From: an uncultured Gammaproteobacteria bacterium
GTDB taxonomy: Bacteria > Pseudomonadota > Gammaproteobacteria > CAVYTG01
DNA: 64,000 nucleotides
Direction: 5' to 3'
NCBI GenBank assembly: GCA_963771515.1
Contig: CAVYTG010000001.1
Coordinates: forward strand, 249,357-313,356
Positions 58,351 to 64,000 of this stretch are shown here, piece by piece. The position numbers and the translations under genes are program-made. Under the pieces are notes generated by a model. It did not search any database, was not told the origin of the DNA, and saw nothing but the letters and a program-made list of their open reading frames with translations. Every line of letters begins with the position of its first letter. Within the stretch, counting starts at the first letter, position 1.

Positions 58351-58629
58351 TTAAGAAGCATCAACGGATTTTCCCCATTGGCTTCCGATTAAAGTGCCTG
58401 TAATCGCTCCGACAATAGTTGCAGCGGTTTTTCCTGTTCCATTGCCGATCTGGTTCCCAATGACTCCGCCTGCGATGCCACCAGCTATCGCGCCACCTTG
58501 CTCATGGGTCAGCGCTAATCCATTAGTCATGAAAAATAATAGGATGATTCCTGTGAAGATAGTTTTAGCCTGCTGTAAGGTTTTCATTTTAGCCTCCAGT
58601 AATAGGTTGTTAAAAAGCAGCAAGCCCAT
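58351..58629 (-). CDS. Glycine-zipper-containing small outer-membrane/surface protein (17-kDa-antigen/SlyB-like).
   Basis: GGAIAGGIAGGVIGNQIGNGTGKTAATIVGAITGTLIG glycine-zipper motif; signal peptide. Confidence 0.5.
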   Translation of the reverse strand: MGLLLFNNLLLEAKMKTLQQAKTIFTGIILLFFMTNGLALTHEQGGAIAGGIAGGVIGNQIGNGTGKTAATIVGAITGTLIGSQWGKSVDAS

Positions 58630-58913
58630 CTAACTTAGATAGGCTTACGAACTTCTGAGTGAGTGTCGCGGTAAATCCATTACTGCGGTAGAGATACCTC
58701 TCTGTTGGTTCCTCTGTCTCCTCCTTCCCTCTTAAAATCTTACTTTTTCCAGGAATCGTTTCATAAATTTTTTCACTGGATGCCTTGTTTGAAAAAAAGG
58801 CGTCTGCTAAATTTTCATTAGCCATTCTGTTATCCTAAGTAATTGAGCGGTTAGTGCTATCCAGTCCACTCACTTGGATAGCACGCTTGGGGTTCGCTAG
58901 TAAAAAATAGTCT

Positions 58914-59129
58914 TTAAGCTTCTTCCATGACCTCCTCCAAACTCTCTTTTTCTTGCTGTCTTTTAGTTTCCTTCTGGATTTTTTGATAAATCTCTTCTCG
59001 GTGCACCGGAATTTGATTAGGGGCTTCAATTCCGATACGAACCTGAGTACCTTTAACTCCAAGTACAGCGACTTCGATGTCGTCACCAATTCTAATCGTT
59101 TCACCTACACGTCTTGTTAATATGAGCAT
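58914..59129 (-). CDS. csrA: Carbon storage regulator CsrA (RNA-binding global regulator) with a short acidic C-terminal extension.
   Basis: [48 protein letters not shown], near-identical to the CsrA consensus. Confidence 0.85.
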   Translation of the reverse strand: MLILTRRVGETIRIGDDIEVAVLGVKGTQVRIGIEAPNQIPVHREEIYQKIQKETKRQQEKESLEEVMEEA

Positions 59130-59772
59130 GATAAATCTCCTTTTTAATAAAAATTGAGTGAGTCGTCAGGGTGAAAGGGTTGTTTCCCTTTATCAGTCTT
59201 ATTCTTCAGTCATTTCCTGTTGTTGTGTTTTTAAATAGGCAGTTTGAGCCAGTTTTTCTACGACGTGAGATAAGCTTTCAGCTTCTCGGTAGTAGTTTTC
59301 TCTTCCTGTGACGCAATAGGCATCTATCACAGGGATTCCCGGCGAATATTTAGAGGCCCCAATTAAAAGAGATTTAGGCTGAATCAAAAAATATTTTTCG
59401 CAGACTTTAAATCAGTTATCCTGTTTTTTTAAAAAAGGAACAGGATATGAGTTTGCTGAGCTGCGTAGAGTTATTGGGTACGGTAAAAGAGAGTTTTTCA
59501 AAAATAGCTGACCCCACTTTGCGAAAAGGTGCATTAAGTTTAAAAGATTGTTTACTGTCTGGATATGCGCTTTTTAGTCTGAAGTACCCATCATCCCAAA
59601 TCCCGATTTAGAAAAAATCATTCTGAAAATTAAATGATTAGCGAGATCAAAAGAAGAGGGATTTCTGTAAAAAGTGATTGATGAGATTGATTTGTTGGAA
59701 ATAAAAGATGGTTTATCAAAAAAATCTCGATAAAAATTCCAGAGGTGTTCAAATTTTATCCAAAACAGGATT

Positions 59773-61265
59773 TTGAGGATAAAGGAATCTCTTGCTGTGT
59801 TTCTGGCAGCTTGTTTTTATGAGTTGCAAAGAGTAAATCCAGGGGTGATTAAGGTGCTTGTGCCAGGCGGTGAAGGGGGAGAAGAATTTCATTCAATAAA
59901 GCACAATGAGATTCTTCGAGTTTTAAATAAATTCTTCTACCGTGACGAACTACTTTTGCAGCCAGGGCATAAATTCGATGGCGAATGGTTTTTGCGCGGC
60001 AAGCCTCAAACTGGACGGGTAAATACATGCGCAGCAAGGCAAAAAGGTTAAATGCCAATGCGCATAACGAAAAATATAACGCGTTGGCTTCAAAATTTTG
60101 GCAAGGCATACGATCTGCGGAAAAATCCTCTTTTAACTCCTTAATCCGGTTTTCTGAAGTTTCACCTCTTTGATTGTACCAATGTACCCAGTCACTTTGG
60201 CTCATGCTGGGGTTACGGCTCACGGCAATCGCACGATAGAGGTATTGACCACATTGAAGCAGCTCTTCTCCTTCATTGCCTTCACTTTCAAGATCAAGTT
60301 CTAAAGTGGTTTGCCCCTTGATCATCCGACGCTGTACGATCACATCAAAGGCATGGCGACTTTTTTCCATTGTGTGCACAAGATGTGTTGTAAATTCGCC
60401 ATTCAGAGGCTTTCCTTCTCGATGTAAAGACTCCCATTGGGACTCTTTTTGAGCTTGAATGAGTTTTTTAAGAGAGGGGCTCATTTTTGCCCGAATCGCA
60501 AATTTAAGTTGTCGCTCTATGCAATCATCAATGATATCGCCTTGATAACCCGCTGCATCAATACGTAGGGCAAATAACGTTACCCCTTCAGGCAAAGCGG
60601 CTTCACATTGATGAATAAATTCGAGATTTTTCGCAGAAGGAGGCACGTTTCCTTCGCGAAAATCCGTTGCCAACACTTGGCCTGTCTCTGCGATGTGGCC
60701 TACCATGGGCATATAGCCTGTACATTTCTTATAAGTCCATTTTGCCGATTTGTTTTTTGATGCAGATAAAGTAGCATCAATATCCAGGGTGATTTTCTTT
60801 ACATGATGCAAGGTATGTTTAAGCAAAAGACGATTAACTTCAGTCACAGCCAGCATGCCTTTCTTTCCATGACGGCGTAGCCAGTCTCCCATTGAATCAG
60901 ATCCAGGTACTTGGGTTAAAGCTAACAAAGTACGTAAAGCATCGTCTTCACGAATATACCGTAAATCATCCAAACAACGGCCACCTTCATGCAACATGAG
61001 GATCAGTGAGTTCACAAACACCGAAGGGTTATACCCGCGATTGCTTTTAGGCGCTGGAAAATATTGGTCTACCCAATTTGAAAAATTCAGCGATTGCATC
61101 AGTTGGGCAATACAGACTAGTCCCGCACGAGATGTTAAAAAATCTTTGGTTGTTGAGAGGTGAAAGGGTAATATGTTCATAAGCCTTGTTTGCCTGTTTA
61201 GGTCATAATGTTGTTTTGGTAAAATCATTATACTAGCAAGGCTTCCTTTACGTTAGCCTCCTCAA
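59773..61265 (-). mobile_element. Insertion sequence (~1.5 kb) with imperfect TIRs (ttgaggataaaggaatctcttgctg / tagcaaggcttcctttacgttagcctcctcaa) carrying one DDE transposase gene; boundaries approximate.
   Basis: Terminal inverted repeats read directly; no clear TSD found. Confidence 0.55.
59849..61228 (-). CDS. DDE transposase, IS1380/IS4-superfamily-like (459 aa).
   Basis: Length and motifs (DIDAT..., RIDAAGYQ, C-terminal SENRIKELKEDF) resemble IS1380-family transposases; family assignment is tentative. Confidence 0.65.
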   Translation of the reverse strand: MILPKQHYDLNRQTRLMNILPFHLSTTKDFLTSRAGLVCIAQLMQSLNFSNWVDQYFPAPKSNRGYNPSVFVNSLILMLHEGGRCLDDLRYIREDDALRTLLALTQVPGSDSMGDWLRRHGKKGMLAVTEVNRLLLKHTLHHVKKITLDIDATLSASKNKSAKWTYKKCTGYMPMVGHIAETGQVLATDFREGNVPPSAKNLEFIHQCEAALPEGVTLFALRIDAAGYQGDIIDDCIERQLKFAIRAKMSPSLKKLIQAQKESQWESLHREGKPLNGEFTTHLVHTMEKSRHAFDVIVQRRMIKGQTTLELDLESEGNEGEELLQCGQYLYRAIAVSRNPSMSQSDWVHWYNQRGETSENRIKELKEDFSADRMPCQNFEANALYFSLCALAFNLFALLRMYLPVQFEACRAKTIRHRIYALAAKVVRHGRRIYLKLEESHCALLNEILLPLHRLAQAP

Positions 61266-61657
61266 GGAAAAAGCTGATCAATGCACCCATTGGGTGATCA
61301 TGATTTCTTTGTCTGAACCGTTACACGGGAAAGGTTTCTTTTATTTCAGTGATTTTCTAAATCGGGATTCGGGTGCAACCTTTTAATGGACAGCAAGAAG
61401 AGAAACCTCAGAATGGTGCTGCCATTGTTTTTTCAAAACTTGCCGGTGAAAGATATCCTAACGTTGAATGTCTACGTTGTCGATATGAGCGAGGAGAAAC
61501 ACCTGTCCCTAAGTCACTTAGCCAACTACTTTCATTATTGAATAATCACCCTGACTTACTGAAAGAGATTGAAGCAGGCAACCCTCATTAAGACTCAAGC
61601 CCTGCCCATTCGAGAGAGTGCGTCTCTTTATAGGCAAGATTCCATGCTTTAATCCAT

Positions 61658-62227
61658 TCACAATTTAGTGCGATCAGGCCAAGCTCTTTGCAGCATAGCT
61701 GAAATATTATCGTAATATCCCCAACCCATGTGTCGAGCTTTCCACACAACTTTTTCCAACCTATTAACAAATTCTTGAATTTCATTCAGTGATGATTTTT
61801 TCATTAGCTTTAAAGCATTATCAAAAACAGACTCTAAGCTATTGTAATATTGCTCATACATGTCCCCAAATTCACATAGAAAGTCAGTTCCACATTCAGC
61901 ATAGTAGACCATCAACTCAAGCGTTCCCCATTCATCACCGGATGCTTTCTTATAATCACTAATGGCTTTTTTAGCTTCCTTCAGACTAATTTTTTGGCTT
62001 TCTTTCCATGGCTCATCAGGTGCAAGATATCGTTTGACTTGCGCTTTATATCGCAATAAAGCCTGGTTATCCCGAAGAAATCTGGCATCCAAAAAATCCT
62101 TATTACTTTTGGATAAAGAATACAACTCTGCAACTAGTCCCAGCAAATCCCGCTCGGAACAACGAGATAGCGTTTTTCTAATTTCTAACCAGTTGCTATT
62201 TTTTGCTTTACTTTCTGCTTGACTCAT
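61658..62227 (-). CDS. Hypothetical 189-aa protein.
   Basis: ORF only. Confidence 0.35.
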   Translation of the reverse strand: MSQAESKAKNSNWLEIRKTLSRCSERDLLGLVAELYSLSKSNKDFLDARFLRDNQALLRYKAQVKRYLAPDEPWKESQKISLKEAKKAISDYKKASGDEWGTLELMVYYAECGTDFLCEFGDMYEQYYNSLESVFDNALKLMKKSSLNEIQEFVNRLEKVVWKARHMGWGYYDNISAMLQRAWPDRTKL

Positions 62228-62394
62228 TGTTTTCTAAAAATAACCAATACCTATAAACCTTACAAAAGAAAGGAAATACCTATCCCAAAATCACCCATCA
62301 GCATCTCATGAAATTTCTATGATTTTACAAAAATAATCTCTTTTCATCAGCTCTTTTTAATTACCCTAAAGTTTCTTAACCAAGCTCTGAAGGT

Positions 62395-62575
62395 AACCAC
62401 TCACCCCTTGTCATCCTGGCCAGGAGGGCCAGGATCCATACCACATGGATGTGAGTGGTGCTGTTCAGGAAGAAAAAGGTATTTTTCTTAAGCAGCATCA
62501 CCCTCCCTTCCCTGGTGCTTGGATTCCGGCCTTCCTGGCCGGAACGACAGGGGTGAGCAGATACCTCTGGAGTAC
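62395..62575. repeat. Variant GC-rich palindromic element (gtcatcctggccaggagggccagg ... ccggccttcctggccggaacgacaggggtgagcag) ending in the ggtgagcag tail shared with copies at 16326 and 46124.
   Basis: Inverted arms around an ~90-bp spacer; shared terminal gggtgagcag(a/t)tac. Confidence 0.55.
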
Positions 62576-62590
62576 AATCTAAATAAGCCA

Positions 62591-62980
62591 CTAAATCTCA
62601 CTTAATAGTGTTTCTATCAATTCTGGGGATGGGAGCTGCTTTTGCAGCTCCTTTGGTAACTGACTAAACAATTTATATTCTGCTATGTCAATAGGTTTAC
62701 TAGCATCATGAAGAGAGTACTCAACAATTGTTTTACTTTTGCTTTTACAAAGAATAATACCAATAGAATAATTTTCATCCTTCAACCGCACAGTTTCATC
62801 GAGAGCACGCAAATAAAATTGCATCTTACCGACATATTCAGGCTTAAATTCACCCACTTTTAATTCGATTGCAACCAAGCATTTCATGCGCCTATGATAA
62901 AGCAAAATATCAATAAAAAACTCTTTACCATCGATTTCCAGACGATATTGGCTTCCAAGGAAAGTAAAAAGCCCACCCAT
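62591..62980 (-). pseudogene. C-terminal fragment of a YhcG/DUF1016-family PDDEXK nuclease-like protein, truncated at its 5' side next to the IS701-family element.
   Basis: GKEFFIDILLYHRRMKCLVAIELKVGEFKPEYVGKMQFYLRALDE matches the conserved DUF1016 C-terminal region; full-length proteins are ~350 aa. Confidence 0.5.
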
Positions 62981-63047
62981 TTCTCTTAGTACTACAGTTG
63001 TAATTTAAGGAATTGGCAGTTAAAATTCCGAATTTTAAGGAAAGAAC

Positions 63048-64000
63048 ATGCCATTATCAGAGATTGCAACCATCCCATTGTCTTCAACTGAGGTTGTATT
63101 TGCAATAGAGGAAGAACTGGGTTTAATTCAGGGGATGCTGGAGGATTGCTTTACTCGGGTAGAGACAAAAACCTCTGCGATGTCTTATTTTCAAGGTTTA
63201 ATCAGTACGATAGAACGTAAGAATAGCTGGCAGCTGAGTGAACAGGCTGGCTGTGAAAATCCCTATGCATTTCAATATTTGTTGGGACGAGCAAGATGGG
63301 ATGTGAACCATTTACGAGATTCAGTACGTCACTATGTGATTGATTTTATGCTGCAAGAAGAAGGGGTTTTATCCATTGATGAGACAGGGTTTCTGAAGAA
63401 GGGGAAAAAATCTGCAGGTGTTGGACGGCAATATACGGGTACAGCGGGTCGCATTGAAAATTGCCAGGTAGGTGTTTTTTTATCTTATGCTACCTCTAAA
63501 GGACGCGCACTGATTGACCGAGAATTGTACATTCCACAAGATTGGTTCAAGGATAAACTTCGTTGCATTGATGCAGGAATTCCGGACACACTGGAATTTA
63601 AAAAGAAACCTGAGCTGGCGCAAGGGATGCTACAACGGGCCTTCGATCATTCTATTAAGCCTGCCTGGGTACTTGGTGACGAAGTCTATGGATGTTACAA
63701 GTTAAGAGCGTTTTTAGAAAGCCATTTGCAACCTTATGTATTAGCCGTTGCATCCAATTATCCTGTTACTCTCGGTTTTAAACAATACAAAGCGAATGAA
63801 TTGTTAGCCTCCACAGAGCCTAATGACTGGAAAATGATTTCTATAGGTGCAGGCTCTAAAGGCCAGCGTTATTACCAGTGGACTCGTAGAGTTATTAATT
63901 CTGATAGCCCAGATGAGTGGGATCGTTGGCTATTAATCAGAAGAAACATCAAAGATCCAGGTGATGTGGCTTTTTATATTGCTTTTGCTCCCAACAGTAG
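63048..64000 (+). CDS. IS701-family DDE transposase, partial (runs off the window end).
   Basis: Open frame from ATG 63048 to the edge; IS701-type motifs (LSIDETGFLKKGKKSAGVGRQYTGTAGRIENCQVGVF; VLGDEVYG). Confidence 0.7.
   Translation, partial: MPLSEIATIPLSSTEVVFAIEEELGLIQGMLEDCFTRVETKTSAMSYFQGLISTIERKNSWQLSEQAGCENPYAFQYLLGRARWDVNHLRDSVRHYVIDFMLQEEGVLSIDETGFLKKGKKSAGVGRQYTGTAGRIENCQVGVFLSYATSKGRALIDRELYIPQDWFKDKLRCIDAGIPDTLEFKKKPELAQGMLQRAFDHSIKPAWVLGDEVYGCYKLRAFLESHLQPYVLAVASNYPVTLGFKQYKANELLASTEPNDWKMISIGAGSKGQRYYQWTRRVINSDSPDEWDRWLLIRRNIKDPGDVAFYIAFAPNS

Noticed and set aside
58835-59104. 89-aa ORF overlapping csrA in another frame on the same strand.
   Set aside because: csrA (58914..59129) has an unmistakable conserved sequence; the overlapping Lys/Arg-rich ORF is a frame artefact.
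59773-60173. Plus-strand ORFs 59773..60051 and 59985..60173.
   Set aside because: Antisense to the 459-aa transposase inside the IS; no independent support.
61373-61591. 72-aa plus-strand ORF (MQPFNGQQEEK...) and the 62-aa ORF 59199..59387, as candidate small genes or transposase remnants.
   Set aside because: No recognisable motif, no convincing RBS. Located in decayed IS-rich DNA; insufficient evidence to annotate.
62376-62591. 71-aa ORF (MAYLDCTPEVSAHPCRSGQEG...).
   Set aside because: Lies entirely within the GC-rich palindromic repeat variant 62395..62575; the ORF is created by the repeat's GC-rich arms.

Overview
This 64-kb window has about 41-42% GC and a chromosomal gammaproteobacterial layout. 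The ankyrin-repeat and TPR proteins, the gene synteny and the IS load suggest a Legionellales-like (Coxiella/Legionella-type) organism, but this is inference only and the organism cannot be named from sequence. 

- **1-21.5 kb: an LPS/O-polysaccharide biosynthesis cluster.** It carries manC, three GT4 glycosyltransferases, a DegT-family aminotransferase (perosamine-synthase-like), an acyltransferase-3 protein, pgi, a large polytopic membrane protein, gmd, wzm/wzt ABC exporter genes, and two tandem paralogous periplasmic proteins next to a PAP2 phosphatase and an MBOAT O-acyltransferase. A eukaryotic-like 949-aa TPR protein is embedded in the cluster. 
- **21.5-47 kb: housekeeping genes.** These are rmuC, trmB, mutY, yggX, the conserved rsmI/lpoA-yraN-diaA-dolP block, a periplasmic GH3 hydrolase, rnpB (RNase P RNA), yjbQ, dnaG-yqeY-rpsU, tsaD, hemW, mdh and hupB. 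They are interspersed with a RES-Xre toxin-antitoxin pair and an ankyrin-repeat gene demonstrably split by an IS4-family insertion with clean 12-bp TIRs and a 7-bp TSD. 
- **47-57 kb:** a hybrid sensor kinase, a GNAT plus a stand-alone A-PCP-TE NRPS-like enzyme, a CPx P-type ATPase, an alpha/beta hydrolase and tRNA-Asn. 
- **57-64 kb, downstream of tRNA-Asn:** a degraded, IS-rich segment with csrA, an IS1380/IS4-like element, a YhcG fragment and a partial IS701-family transposase. 

The most striking unexplained structure is two families of intergenic repeats. One is an AT-rich MITE/REP-like family with GGACACACCCTA-type termini and a conserved ~100-bp core containing a TATAAT box, always in the same orientation. 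The other is a GC-rich ~125-bp imperfect palindrome (TCGTCATTGCGAGGAGCGAAGCGACGTGGCAATCCAGG...). There is no CRISPR array, no prophage, and no clearly novel multigene defence system that I can support.
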